Positions 21,660-31,800 of a stretch of DNA of 32,000 nucleotides are shown piece by piece. Origin of the DNA: Vibrio vulnificus CMCP6 (lineage in GTDB: Bacteria; Pseudomonadota; Gammaproteobacteria; Enterobacterales; Vibrionaceae); NCBI RefSeq assembly GCF_000039765.1, contig NC_004459.3, positions 3,196,104 through 3,228,103 on the forward strand. Reading direction: 5' to 3'. Both the position numbers and the translations under genes were made by a program. The notes beneath the pieces are model-generated. The model worked only from the letters and a program-made list of their open reading frames with translations. It searched no databases and was not told the origin of the DNA. Position 1 is the first letter of the stretch. Every line of letters begins with the position of its first letter.

Positions 21660-23411
21660 ATGAAAACACGCTGGATTCCAGTCGCCTTGTCCGGTCTTGC
21701 TTTAACCGGTTGTTTTTCTGATAAAAGCGACCCGGCTACCGCCGTCACTCAGCCGCTAAATGTGACCGCAGCAGACGCCATCTATTTCGGCGGAGAGATC
21801 TTAACAATGGCAGGCGACACACCAGAATATGTGGAAGCCGTGGCCACAAAAGACGAAAAGATCATTTATGTCGGCTCAAAAGCGGGCGCCTTAGAGCATC
21901 AATTTGCTCAGACCCAACTTGTCGATCTGCAAGGCAAAACACTGTTACCCGGTTTTGTTGACCCCCATAGCCATGTCTACGGCGTTGGCTTACAAGCCAT
22001 GGTGGCTAACGTGTTGCCACCACCAGATGGCGACGCCAATACCGTTGCAAAAATCGTAGAGATTTTAAAAACCTCCCATCAAGATGAAACCAAACGCCTG
22101 TTCATTGAAAAAACAGGATGGATTCTTGGCTTTGGTTACGACGACTCGCTACTGGACTACTATCCAACCAAAGCAGACCTCGATAAGGTCAGCCGTGATA
22201 AACCTGTGTTGATCATTCACACCTCTGGTCATTTAAGTGTGGCCAATAGCAAAGCCCTCGAAATGGTGGGAATTACGGCAAAAACCAAGAACCCAGAAGG
22301 TGGCGTCATACGTCGCATGCCTGGCAGTCAGGAACCGAATGGGGTGCTTGAAGAAAACGCGCATTTTGCCATGTTATTTCGACTCACCGCTCTGATTGAT
22401 CAAGAGCTGCAAGATATGATGTTGGCTGCATCACAAAAAATGTACGCACAATATGGCTATACCACTGCGCAAGAAGGACGAGCGACAAAAGAAGGCTATG
22501 AAGCACTGAAACGTGCCGCAACAGGAGGCCATTTGCTCATTGACGTTGTCGCGTATGCTGATATGGCCACCAGCAGCGACTTTATGAGCTCAGAATACCA
22601 CGCTCCTGAATACACCAATCATTTCCGCATCGGTGGCGTAAAACTCAACTTCGATGGCTCACCGCAAGGGAAAACCGCTTGGTTAACGCAACCGTATTTC
22701 CATCCGCCTCACGGGCTTGCGAAAGATTACGCGGGCTACCCAACCTTTACTGACGCACAAGCATTTGAGTACGTTGAAACCGCGTTCAAAAATAATTGGC
22801 AAGTACTAACCCACAGCAATGGTGACGCTGCGATTGAGCAATTTATCGACGCGGTGACCGCGGCCAATAATAAACTCGGAAAACAAGATAGACGGCCAGT
22901 GCTGATTCATGGCCAAACCATTCGTGAAGATCAAATCCAGCGCCTCGCAGAGCAAGGAATTTTCCCTTCCCTCTTCCCAATGCATACCTTCTATTGGGGA
23001 GATTGGCACCGTGATTCAGTGCTTGGCCATCCTCGGGCCGATTTTATTTCACCGACTAAAGCCGTACGTGATGCAGGATTGATGTTTAGTACACATCATG
23101 ATGCTCCCGTTGCCCTGCCAGATGCGTTTCGGGTGCTTGATGCAACGGTCAACCGCACCACCCGCACAAATAAAGTGCTCGGTCCCGATCAGCGTGTCGA
23201 TGCCTACACCGCATTGAGAGCGATGACCATTTGGCCTGCTTACCAACATTTTGAAGAATCGATGAAAGGCAGTATCGAAGTGGGGAAAAACGCCGATTTC
23301 ATTCTGCTAAATAAGAATCCTCTCAAAGTGGAGAGTGCGACGTTAAAAGACTTACAAGTCCAACAAACCATCAGCCGTGGGCAAGTGGTCTTTACCAATA
23401 CTGCCCGCTAA
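21660..23411 (+). CDS. Amidohydrolase family protein (YtcJ-like) with lipoprotein signal
   Basis: MKTRWIPVALSGLALTGCFSDK lipobox; LLPGFVDPHSHVYG metal-binding motif; LTHSNGDAAIEQFIDA; FSTHHDAPVALPDAFRVLDATVNRTT; IEVGKNADFILL-type C-terminus. GGAGGGAG RBS. Confidence 0.9.
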   Translation: MKTRWIPVALSGLALTGCFSDKSDPATAVTQPLNVTAADAIYFGGEILTMAGDTPEYVEAVATKDEKIIYVGSKAGALEHQFAQTQLVDLQGKTLLPGFVDPHSHVYGVGLQAMVANVLPPPDGDANTVAKIVEILKTSHQDETKRLFIEKTGWILGFGYDDSLLDYYPTKADLDKVSRDKPVLIIHTSGHLSVANSKALEMVGITAKTKNPEGGVIRRMPGSQEPNGVLEENAHFAMLFRLTALIDQELQDMMLAASQKMYAQYGYTTAQEGRATKEGYEALKRAATGGHLLIDVVAYADMATSSDFMSSEYHAPEYTNHFRIGGVKLNFDGSPQGKTAWLTQPYFHPPHGLAKDYAGYPTFTDAQAFEYVETAFKNNWQVLTHSNGDAAIEQFIDAVTAANNKLGKQDRRPVLIHGQTIREDQIQRLAEQGIFPSLFPMHTFYWGDWHRDSVLGHPRADFISPTKAVRDAGLMFSTHHDAPVALPDAFRVLDATVNRTTRTNKVLGPDQRVDAYTALRAMTIWPAYQHFEESMKGSIEVGKNADFILLNKNPLKVESATLKDLQVQQTISRGQVVFTNTAR

Positions 23412-23471
23412 GGTAATTTCGCCCTCTAATTTCTCTATTGCAGGGAGTTGGGGGGCGAAAAATAAGAACGA

Positions 23472-23568
23472 GGGACTAGGGACTAGGGACTAGGGACTAG
23501 CAAACCGGGAAACTAGAAAACTAGCAAACTAGCAAACTAGCAAACTAGCAAACTAGCAAACTAGCAAA
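23472..23568. repeat. CTAG-rich short tandem repeats: (GGGACTA)x4 followed by (CTAGCAAA)x6
   Basis: Direct reading: GGGACTA at 23472-23499 in four perfect copies; degenerate linker CAAACCGGGAAACTAGAAAA; CTAGCAAA at 23521-23568 in six perfect copies. Confidence 0.95.
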
Positions 23569-23600
23569 AGCTTCCCAGAAATCGAATGAGACTAAAAAGC

Positions 23601-23628
23601 AAAAAGCCGCCCTAAAGGCGGCTTTTTT
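23601..23628 (-). terminator. Rho-independent terminator of ffs
   Basis: AAAAAGCCGCC-ctaaa-GGCGGCTTTTTT; lies immediately 3' of ffs on the minus strand and could also serve the plus strand. Confidence 0.85.
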
Positions 23629-23631
23629 AAT

Positions 23632-23737
23632 GGGTGGGACCCCAGCCACATCCCGGCACACAAGTCATTCGCTGCGGCTGCTTCCTTCCGGACCTGACCG
23701 AGTTCACGAACTATTGTTGCGAGAGGACCAGAGCCCC
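23632..23737 (-). ncRNA. ffs: Bacterial signal recognition particle RNA (4.5S, small form)
   Basis: Minus strand reads GGGGCTCTGGTCCTCTCGCAACAATAG...GGTCAGGTCCGGAAGGAAGCAGCC...GTGCCGGGATGTGGCTGGGTCCCACCC, including the conserved GGTCAGGTCCGGAAGGAAGCAGCC apical loop. Ends are approximate. Confidence 0.97.
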
Positions 23738-23886
23738 ATAGATTCGTTTATCAAGCATTTCGCTTAATGTGGGCACGATTATTAAGCATCCCCCTCAAGA
23801 TTGCAACCCCAATTCGGCAATAATCCATGATGAGGCGAGCGAATGCTTAACTCTTGTGCAAAACACCACTTTTCAAGTGAGGGAGG

Positions 23887-25860
23887 TTAAGAATACCCCA
23901 TCTCACGCTGTTCATTCTTGCTCTGATACATGTCGACATCAGCCAGATGCAGCGCTTTTTGCAAGCTCATGGCCCGCTCCCTCCTCGCGGACAAGCCAAT
24001 CGAAGAACTGATGATCAAGGGTTTTCCGGCAATATGCTGTTCAAGTCGAATTCGGCTAAAACGATCAAACGCTTCTTCAACTTCTTGCTGAGACGCTTTG
24101 CCAATTAAAATAAACTCATCGCCGCCCACGCGGAAACCTTTGCCACGCCAATGGCTTTTGATTTCTAGGGCTATGGCTTTGAGCACCATGTCGCCACAGT
24201 GATGACCATATGTGTCGTTAATCGGTTTAAAATTGTTAACGTCGATATACAAAATCGCAAGGTCGCCCGCGATGCCATTGCCATATTTTCTCTGTAGTTG
24301 GCGTCGATTGCCTAACCCAGTTAAGTTATCCGTATTCGATAAACGATGCAGATAATACGAGAGTGCAAACGCCAGCAATAACATCGCCGCAAATAGCGTT
24401 TGTGTTTTTGCAGCAAACTTTTGCTCCATTTCTAACGAGCTTCGCCAGTCAGGACGAACATCGTAACGTTCGATAATGCTATTGAGATCGAGCATTTCTA
24501 TCGCCCGACTAAAATACGGAGCCAGCGCTCTGCCCTTTTCCGTGTTAGCCAAACCGATAGAAATTTTCGACGTATCAAATACGCCAATCGCATCATCTTG
24601 CTCAATAGCCAGCTTCAACTCATTTCGTAGTAAGTAGTTGAGTGTTGCCGTGTCCATCGTGATGTAATCCACTCGGTTGGCAAGTAAGGCACTGACCATC
24701 GCATCGTGATCGGAAAAACGACTCAGATCTTTCAATGGCAACATTTGCGTCAACAACGCATCAAAGTAGTCATCCTCAACCACCCCGACTCTCTCTGCAA
24801 TTAACTGGGAGACATGAGAATAGACATTGGGCTTATACCCCAAACGTTTGACGATAACCGACTGAGGCGCATAGTGTGGGCTTGTGTAATAGGTAAACTG
24901 CTCTCTCGCTTTGGTCATCGCCAGCGGAGCCAGTAGGTCAAACTCTTGCTGTATGAAGCCTTGTAACATTTCTCCCCAACGTTCATCTGAACGGCTCACC
25001 AGTTGACAGTTAAGGGCAAGAATATCGCAACTTTGCTGCAGAACTTCGGCAGTAATCCCACTCACGTGGCCATCAGGATGGTAAATCACATAAGGGTAAA
25101 TCGGCTCAAGTTTGATGGTTAATGGTTCATCTAGCTCGAGGGGTGCCTGAACAATAGCCTGTTGTAGCGCCTGTTTTCGAATAGCAAATTGGTATTGCGT
25201 AATTTCTTCACGAAGCCTTTTTTGCATCTGCTCGCTGTGAATGAACTGAGCAAATTGAGTCAACTCTTCTAAGTGTTGCCCTTTTTGACTGACGATAGAG
25301 ACGGGTTTTATCGATATTTCATCGTTGAGAAGATGGGCATTGGTTCCTTTAAGCAACATAGGCTTAAGTTGATTGATGGCATCCACAATGCCATCGACTT
25401 GACCGTGACTGATCAGCGCATAAGCTTCTTCATGGCCTTGGTACGAAACAAGCTGAATGTCTGGATGATTTACCGCAATCAGCTCCCCATAAATGGTATC
25501 TTGAGGTACGCCAATACGTGTCGCATCACGCAACGAATTGGTCGTATTAGAATAGAGATAGGTATATTCAATGTTGGTTGGGTGTGAATAACTGAATCTT
25601 TTTTCACGTTCATGCGTAAACGTAATGTTCGCTGCGAAGTCTGTTTCACCACGCGCAACTGAATCGAGAATAGCATCAAAACTCGGCATATTCACATAGG
25701 TGACGTCCAGCGCAAACTGCTCGGCAATGGCATCAAACAGAACCCGCGTCACCACATCATCCGCTTCCGTTGCTACTGTGATCTCTTTACTCTTTGCCCA
25801 ACAGTTGAACGATACCCAAACGAATACGCAGGAAAGCAGCCAACCAAATTTTTTTATCAT
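23887..25860 (-). CDS. Membrane-bound GGDEF protein with two tandem periplasmic SBP (PBPb/SBP_bac_3-like) sensor modules
   Basis: Signal peptide; ITVATEADDV...GETDFAANITFTHEREKRFSYSHP (module 1); LTIKLEPIYPYVIYHPDGHVSGITAEVLQQ...DLLAPLAMTKAREQFTYYTSPHYAP (module 2); TM MLLLAFALSYYLH; NLTGLGNRRQL...FRVGGDEFILI. Confidence 0.88.
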   Translation of the reverse strand: MIKKFGWLLSCVFVWVSFNCWAKSKEITVATEADDVVTRVLFDAIAEQFALDVTYVNMPSFDAILDSVARGETDFAANITFTHEREKRFSYSHPTNIEYTYLYSNTTNSLRDATRIGVPQDTIYGELIAVNHPDIQLVSYQGHEEAYALISHGQVDGIVDAINQLKPMLLKGTNAHLLNDEISIKPVSIVSQKGQHLEELTQFAQFIHSEQMQKRLREEITQYQFAIRKQALQQAIVQAPLELDEPLTIKLEPIYPYVIYHPDGHVSGITAEVLQQSCDILALNCQLVSRSDERWGEMLQGFIQQEFDLLAPLAMTKAREQFTYYTSPHYAPQSVIVKRLGYKPNVYSHVSQLIAERVGVVEDDYFDALLTQMLPLKDLSRFSDHDAMVSALLANRVDYITMDTATLNYLLRNELKLAIEQDDAIGVFDTSKISIGLANTEKGRALAPYFSRAIEMLDLNSIIERYDVRPDWRSSLEMEQKFAAKTQTLFAAMLLLAFALSYYLHRLSNTDNLTGLGNRRQLQRKYGNGIAGDLAILYIDVNNFKPINDTYGHHCGDMVLKAIALEIKSHWRGKGFRVGGDEFILIGKASQQEVEEAFDRFSRIRLEQHIAGKPLIISSSIGLSARRERAMSLQKALHLADVDMYQSKNEQREMGYS

Positions 25861-25984
25861 GTCACTGACTTAATCTAGGTTTCACACAAGCGTCAAAATA
25901 TGAAGCAGAAACCTTATATCAACTCATTGTCACGTGCATAAATATTTTTATTGATATGCAATACCAGTCACTGTTCTAGGCAAC

Positions 25985-26728
25985 TCAATCCTGCTCTTTC
26001 ATCTCTTCTTCCGCATTTAAGATGTAGTCTGTCATCCAAGCGGTACCCAACAAGCAGATCCACACCACAAACACGGAATTGGGCACATCGACATTCGGCG
26101 TCACCACTAATGCGGCGAACCCCACTGTCGGTAATGTCCAACACAGCAGTTTGTTCCATGAAAAAGTTTTAAGTGAGTTAAGACTTTCCATACACGCCAT
26201 AATGCCGGTAATTGAGAGAGCCACTAATACCGCGTAAGGCAAACCTGCCATCCATAGTGGGATCAATAGTAGCAATGGCCACCAGCTATGTTTGCTCGAA
26301 GGTCGCCAGTGATTTGCCGCCCACCAAATGACCGTCACCGATAGCACTTGTACCACGGTTACCCATGGTGAACCGGTCAACTTACCGGCCATTTGCGTCA
26401 CCATAATGCCGACCATCAGAGCCAAGACGATCATCCCTGCGGTGAGCAAGACTCCCAGGCTGCTTTTCTTGGAAAACACCACCATAAGGAGTGGAAACAA
26501 AATCCACACGCACACAGAGAGAGCTATCGGCTGCATGGGTAACGTGAGGCCATACACCGTCATCGCAGCGAGCAAGACGAGACCAGCAATACCACCTTGA
26601 GGTAGAATCCACAAAGCAGGAATCACTAAGGCGAGGACGGGGATATCACCAGCGCTCATGCTGATTGCTTTGGCACAGACCACCGCTAAAAGGCTTGTGA
26701 TTGTGAATTGAAGAATTGAAAATATCAT
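25985..26728 (-). CDS. Conserved polytopic membrane protein of unknown function
   Basis: Strongly hydrophobic ORF with roughly 6-8 predicted TM stretches (LLAVVCAKAISM, IPALWILPQGGIAGLVLLAAMTVYG, WWPLLLLIPLWMAG and others). Confidence 0.65.
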   Translation of the reverse strand: MIFSILQFTITSLLAVVCAKAISMSAGDIPVLALVIPALWILPQGGIAGLVLLAAMTVYGLTLPMQPIALSVCVWILFPLLMVVFSKKSSLGVLLTAGMIVLALMVGIMVTQMAGKLTGSPWVTVVQVLSVTVIWWAANHWRPSSKHSWWPLLLLIPLWMAGLPYAVLVALSITGIMACMESLNSLKTFSWNKLLCWTLPTVGFAALVVTPNVDVPNSVFVVWICLLGTAWMTDYILNAEEEMKEQD

Positions 26729-26878
26729 AGCGCCTCCTTTAAGACCCGATTCTGTTTTTAATCAGACTCAGCGCAACGCAGAAACTTAAAACACAAAAGG
26801 TTGTACGCTAAGTGGGTTCATTTCCAGCACACCTGGCTTACCAATCCTTGGTAAACGACGAACTAGGACAATTTGAGT

Positions 26879-27181
26879 ATGGACCATTTTTTGCCCCAAA
26901 TCTTTGCTGTAATTCAACAAATTCCCTTTGGTAAAGTGACCACGTACGGAGAAATCGCACGTATGGCTGGATTTCCTGGTTATGCAAGGCATGTCGGTAA
27001 AGCATTAGGAAACTTGCCAGAAGGCACAAAACTACCTTGGCATCGGGTGATCAACAGCCAAGGCAGAATTTCGTTGCAGGGTTCGGATCTCAATCGTCAA
27101 CGCCAATTGTTGCTGGCTGAACAGATTGAAGTGAGTGAGATAGGAAAAATAAGTTTAAAAAAATACCGATGGCAACCATAG
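26879..27181 (+). CDS. MGMT-family alkyltransferase-like (ATL) protein
   Basis: VIQQIPFGKVTTYGEIARMAGFPGYARHVGKAL...LPWHRVINSQGRISL. DNA-binding fold of MGMT with PWHR replacing PCHR. ATG at 26879; a TTG at 26873 is also possible. Confidence 0.92.
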   Translation: MDHFLPQIFAVIQQIPFGKVTTYGEIARMAGFPGYARHVGKALGNLPEGTKLPWHRVINSQGRISLQGSDLNRQRQLLLAEQIEVSEIGKISLKKYRWQP

Positions 27182-27247
27182 TCGCCATCAGTATCAAAAT
27201 TGGGGCATCAAAATTCGATTGTTGTGGTGTTGAGCACCTTGTCGTGA

Positions 27248-27673
27248 TTAACGAACGCCCACAACCATGATTTCAACATTATGTGTGTTCGCCTCGTCAG
27301 TGATGACAGGAACGATGGTGTCACTGATAAAACGTAAACGTCCATTGACTTCGATACGCGCACGTACGTTGTAACGGTGATTAGCAATGATCTTTTTGCT
27401 GTCATAAGCAAGATCGAACGACAGCGGGACTTGTTTACCATTGGTAATAAACTTGTGCTTTGCGATCACTTTGGCAGGCGCATCAGCCAGTGAGACATCT
27501 TCCAAAACCAGGGTGACAGCCGCGTCTTCTGGTAAGGCAATACGCTCACGATAAAAAACCGTCCCACTGATGGTTTGGATACCTTGGTCTTTCACTAATG
27601 GCTCCGAAGTCTGGCAACCCGCTAACAAAGCACCAAAGAACACTGACATCATCACTAAGATTATTTTTTTCAT
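27248..27673 (-). CDS. ybaY: YbaY-like lipoprotein
   Basis: MKKIILVMMSVFFGALLAGCQTSE lipobox; TISGTVFYRERIALPEDAAVTLVLEDVSLADAPAKVIAKH pattern of the YbaY family. Confidence 0.82.
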   Translation of the reverse strand: MKKIILVMMSVFFGALLAGCQTSEPLVKDQGIQTISGTVFYRERIALPEDAAVTLVLEDVSLADAPAKVIAKHKFITNGKQVPLSFDLAYDSKKIIANHRYNVRARIEVNGRLRFISDTIVPVITDEANTHNVEIMVVGVR

Positions 27674-27863
27674 AGAGCCTCACTCATTAATAAATTCGCG
27701 ACGATTATAGTTTGAGCACGTCACTCTGTCTTGTGGATCAAATGTTTATTGACAATAGTTTGACTAAGTTAAAAATATTCACCGTTGTTAATTGCGTTAT
27801 ACTCAACGCAGTTACTTGAATCAAAGTGACAAACCCATGTGTTAAAGAGAGGAATCAACCAAC

Positions 27864-28730
27864 ATGAGTAAACCCTTAAACGAGTTACTAAGTTTGCTGC
27901 AACTTGAAAAACTGGAAGAAGGACTGTTCAGGGGTCAAAGTGAGAATCTTGGTTTACCACAAGTGTATGGAGGCCAAGTGTTGGGGCAGGCCTTATCGGC
28001 GGCTCGCTATACGGTGTCTGACGACCGCACGGTGCATTCGTTTCACAGCTATTTTCTCTATCCTGGCGATCCAGAAAAAGCCATCATCTACGATGTTGAG
28101 ATTTTAAGAGACGGTAAAAGTTTCAGCACTCGCCGTGTTAAAGCGATCCAAAATGGACGCCCAATATTCTATCTCACCGCTTCCTACCATGGTGAAGCAC
28201 CGGGGTTTGAACACCAAAATACCATGCCCGATATTCCAGGGCCGGAAAATTTCATGTCTGAATCGGAACTCGCCAGTCATATTGCTGAGTTTCTTCCCGC
28301 GAAGCTGAGACAAACCTTTTGTGGTGAGAAACCGATTGAGACCAGACCTGTCACCGTCATCAACCCGCTTAATCCTAAAAAGGCCGAGCCAAAACAGTAT
28401 CTCTGGATACGCGCCAACGGTGAGATGCCCGACAGTCAATTGATCCACCAGTATCTATTAGCCTACGCGTCCGATTGGGGCTTTTTAGTCACGGCATTAC
28501 ATCCACACGAAGTTTCGCTCATGACACCGAAATTCCAAGTGGCAACCATCGATCATTCGATCTGGTTCCACCGCCCATTTAAGATGGATGAGTGGCTGCT
28601 CTATGCCATCGAAAGCCCAACTGCCTCGAATACCAGAGGACTTGTCCGTGGCGAGATCTACAATCAGCAAGGTCACTTAGTGGCCACCGCGGTGCAAGAA
28701 GGGGTGATGCGCTTTATCGATAAAAAATAA
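27864..28730 (+). CDS. tesB: Acyl-CoA thioesterase II
   Basis: [63 protein letters not shown]-like [20 protein letters not shown] and [10 protein letters not shown]. Confidence 0.94.
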   Translation: MSKPLNELLSLLQLEKLEEGLFRGQSENLGLPQVYGGQVLGQALSAARYTVSDDRTVHSFHSYFLYPGDPEKAIIYDVEILRDGKSFSTRRVKAIQNGRPIFYLTASYHGEAPGFEHQNTMPDIPGPENFMSESELASHIAEFLPAKLRQTFCGEKPIETRPVTVINPLNPKKAEPKQYLWIRANGEMPDSQLIHQYLLAYASDWGFLVTALHPHEVSLMTPKFQVATIDHSIWFHRPFKMDEWLLYAIESPTASNTRGLVRGEIYNQQGHLVATAVQEGVMRFIDKK

Positions 28731-28761
28731 CAGCGCAGGTTATTTGCCCCTTGAACAAAGA

Positions 28762-28785
28762 AGGAGCGCATCGGCGCTCCTTTTT
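28762..28785 (+). terminator. Rho-independent terminator after tesB
   Basis: AAGGAGCG-catcgg-CGCTCCTTTTT; could also serve the convergent gene. Confidence 0.85.
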
Positions 28786-28814
28786 GATCGTCCCTCTCTC
28801 ATTTCTTTGAGAAG

Positions 28815-31800
28815 TTATTCAGGTTGATAGTGAAATTGAAGGGTTACCCATTCATACAAGGTTCTTGGGTCACCATAGGTGAGGCTAGATACCACTTCTT
28901 CCTCTCTTGGGTAACGGCCACCATCGCTCTCTGGTAAAAATCGGCGCTCGCCTTTGCGATAAAAAATCATCGGGCGTACCAGCTCATAAGCTTGCTTCTC
29001 TAGATGAGTGTCATCCACCACCGTAACTCGCGTCATTCGCAACGTACGAGACCCATCTTCGCAGTATCCTGGTGCATCAAATGCAACCGCTTTGAATGGT
29101 TCAATATTGTCAGGGTCTAACTTAGTGGCGCAATCATCAAAACGGGCAATATGCAGCATCAATTGACGTCGTTCAGTGAGTACATCGGAGCCAATAGGTT
29201 TCACTCTCACGATGGCAATCATACCTTCACCGTACTCTTTGAACTGTTCATCGGTTGGTCGCAACAAGCGATCAACACCCATCAACCCAAATTGAGATTC
29301 TTGCAGACTAGCAAATTCAGAACCACTCAGTTTACTGATAATGACCGTCTGCTTCTCGGTAAGAGTATGGTTAGAATCCGCTTGCTCCGCTTTCGGTGCG
29401 TTCAAGGTAAAGTTCAGAGACGTTTGGCTCAGAGCAAGATAGTCTCTCGTCTCATCTTCACTCACGACAATAGATGCCACTTGATCTTGGCTGTCCCCCA
29501 GATAGTCCTTGAGCGTTATCACGCCGCTGATAGGATCCACGGAGATGGTGCTATCAGACAGCATCGTTTTGTAGCTGCGCGTACCTATCGGTGAGCGCAT
29601 CGCCAAACTAACCTGCTTGAAGGGCACAAAATCAATGCTCTGCGGCTTGTAATCAAGCGCTTTGGCCGCGGCCTTGCTAATCGTCCCCGTTACACGCTTG
29701 GTCACTGTTTTATAGTTGCGAGCAGAAACCGTTGCTTCAATTTCGAAGCTCCCTGCATGCAGCATACTTACAGATCCCTCAGTACCGGAAGTGAGTTTTA
29801 CTGTTGGATCGGCTTGATTGATCAAGCGGTAGCTGCGTTTATCCATCACAAGTGAAAGAGACGGCACAATCGTTTTGTTCTCTTCAAAGATCGTATTTGG
29901 ATAATGAATCTCAACCGGGTTATCGGCGGGTAAGACGCGAGCGGTAAAACTGGTTTCACCTGCATTCACACCACTACTGCCTGTGTCTTTAACGATGACT
30001 CGAACAGAGCCCGCATTGAGCATCTTCATAAAACCAGAGTCTTTATCCAATGCGACAACGTCGGTTGGTTCCCCCTCGGCGAGATAATAGCTCAGTTTGC
30101 CCACAGCCCCCGTGATTAAAGGAGCGCCAATCGAGCCGAATGCAGAAGTCCAAGTGCCCTCGACAAGCGGTTGCGCCGCTTTTAGCTGACTATCAGCACT
30201 ATTGATACGAACATTGACGTACTGTACCGGACCTGCCAAATAGTTGTTTGTTTCTGCTCTTCGAATGGTCAAACGGGTTTCACCCGCTTTCAAGACGTGC
30301 AGAATGCCTCCGTCTAGCACTTTGACTACGTTAGGATCGCTGTTATTAAGTACCAACAAATCATTGGTACGGGGATTGAGATCTTGTTGAAGGTTGATCT
30401 GAAGATCTTTGTAGTAGGTTTCTTGATAATCTTGCGTTTGATAAGGCTGTGCGGCCGCCTTTGCCACATCAATAGAGAGTGTAAACTGCGTTGATTGATA
30501 CAACTCACCACCATCATCCTCAATTTGCAACGAGTATTGCCCCGCTTGCTCAATGAATAACGTTTTCTCCACAAGGGCCAGTTGAGGGGATGAACCACTC
30601 ACTAATGTTAAACGACCTTTTTGACCCGCAAATTCAAACGGAATACGTAGATCTTGTTGATAAGTTAAAGAGATAGGATCTTGCTTGATGCCTTGGTGTG
30701 GCGCTTTATCAATTTGGATGGTAAAACGTGCACTAGAGGCTTGATAGTTGCGCAGGTTTTGCTCAGTCACTTCCACTTCCGCCTGCCCTACACCATCAAT
30801 AACGGGCAAGTTAGCAACGGTATCAATGTGGAGCACATCAGCACCGCTCAATAGTCGATACTGAACCTCGCCTTTGGCATTACTCACAACGGGTTGTAGA
30901 CGGGCATTGGCTTGATATTCCGTCACCATATTGGCAACCGACAGCGGCTGGCGCGCAGCCTTATCAATCGTCACTTCGTATTCACTGGTTTGCTGAGCAG
31001 TTTTGTAAGTCTCTGGATAATATGCCGTGGCTTGCACCGTCACTTTGCCGCTGTTTTTGATCGCCAGCATGCCTTGGTTTTGCTGCGAAAACTCCGCGAC
31101 TTCCCAATCCGGTTCGCTTTTAACAATCTGATATACGATGCGTTCTGTTGGCGTCGTATCTAAGCGTTTTGGCGCTAACACCAACCCAGGTTGATATGCG
31201 CGAGAAAGTGCCGCAAAGCTAAGAGAGTCCGCGTCTACCGCTCTCACAATAACATCGGCTTCCACGCTTCGTTCAGAATAAAACTCATCACCCAAATCGA
31301 TCACTTGGATACGTGCAATACCAGGGCGACCTCGACTTTGTACTTCTCCTTGTGCAGAGAGATCAATGATAGCGTTAGGATCGGAGAGAACGCGATAACT
31401 CAACTCACCTTTTGCACCACGGACAGTAAGTGAACTTGGCGTGGATTGCGTGGTGGTTAAGTAAAGCGGACTGATGGAGAGAGCATCGTTCCAGCCCTTT
31501 TGAATGGTAATCGTAAAATTCGACTCTGAGGTTTGAAAGGTGTCGCTAGTGTCAATCGCCTTCACATGGGCAACACCTGGCTTTAATACTTTGATGCGGC
31601 CTTGGCTGTCGAGTAACACCACTTGTGCACTTTCGTCACCAATTAACTCAAACGCGACATCACCTTTCACTTCGAAAAGTTGCGGTTGAACAATCTCGCC
31701 ACTTTGTACATAGGTGGTGGTAAGGTCCAAAGATTCAAGAGGCGCACGATATTGCTTGCTTGGTTTCACAACCGCAGGGGCCGAACTACCGCCACCTCCG

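Noticed and set aside
23417-23461. Hairpin TTTCGCCC...GGGGCGAAA after the amidohydrolase gene
   Set aside because: Long loop and no U tract, so not listed as a terminator; the ffs terminator region may serve both strands.
23472-23568. Possible CRISPR-like array
   Set aside because: Units are contiguous 7-8-mers without spacers and no cas genes are nearby; this is a microsatellite-type tandem repeat.
29151-29594. 147-codon plus-strand ORF
   Set aside because: Antisense to the 1015-aa lipoprotein gene; no domain or RBS support.
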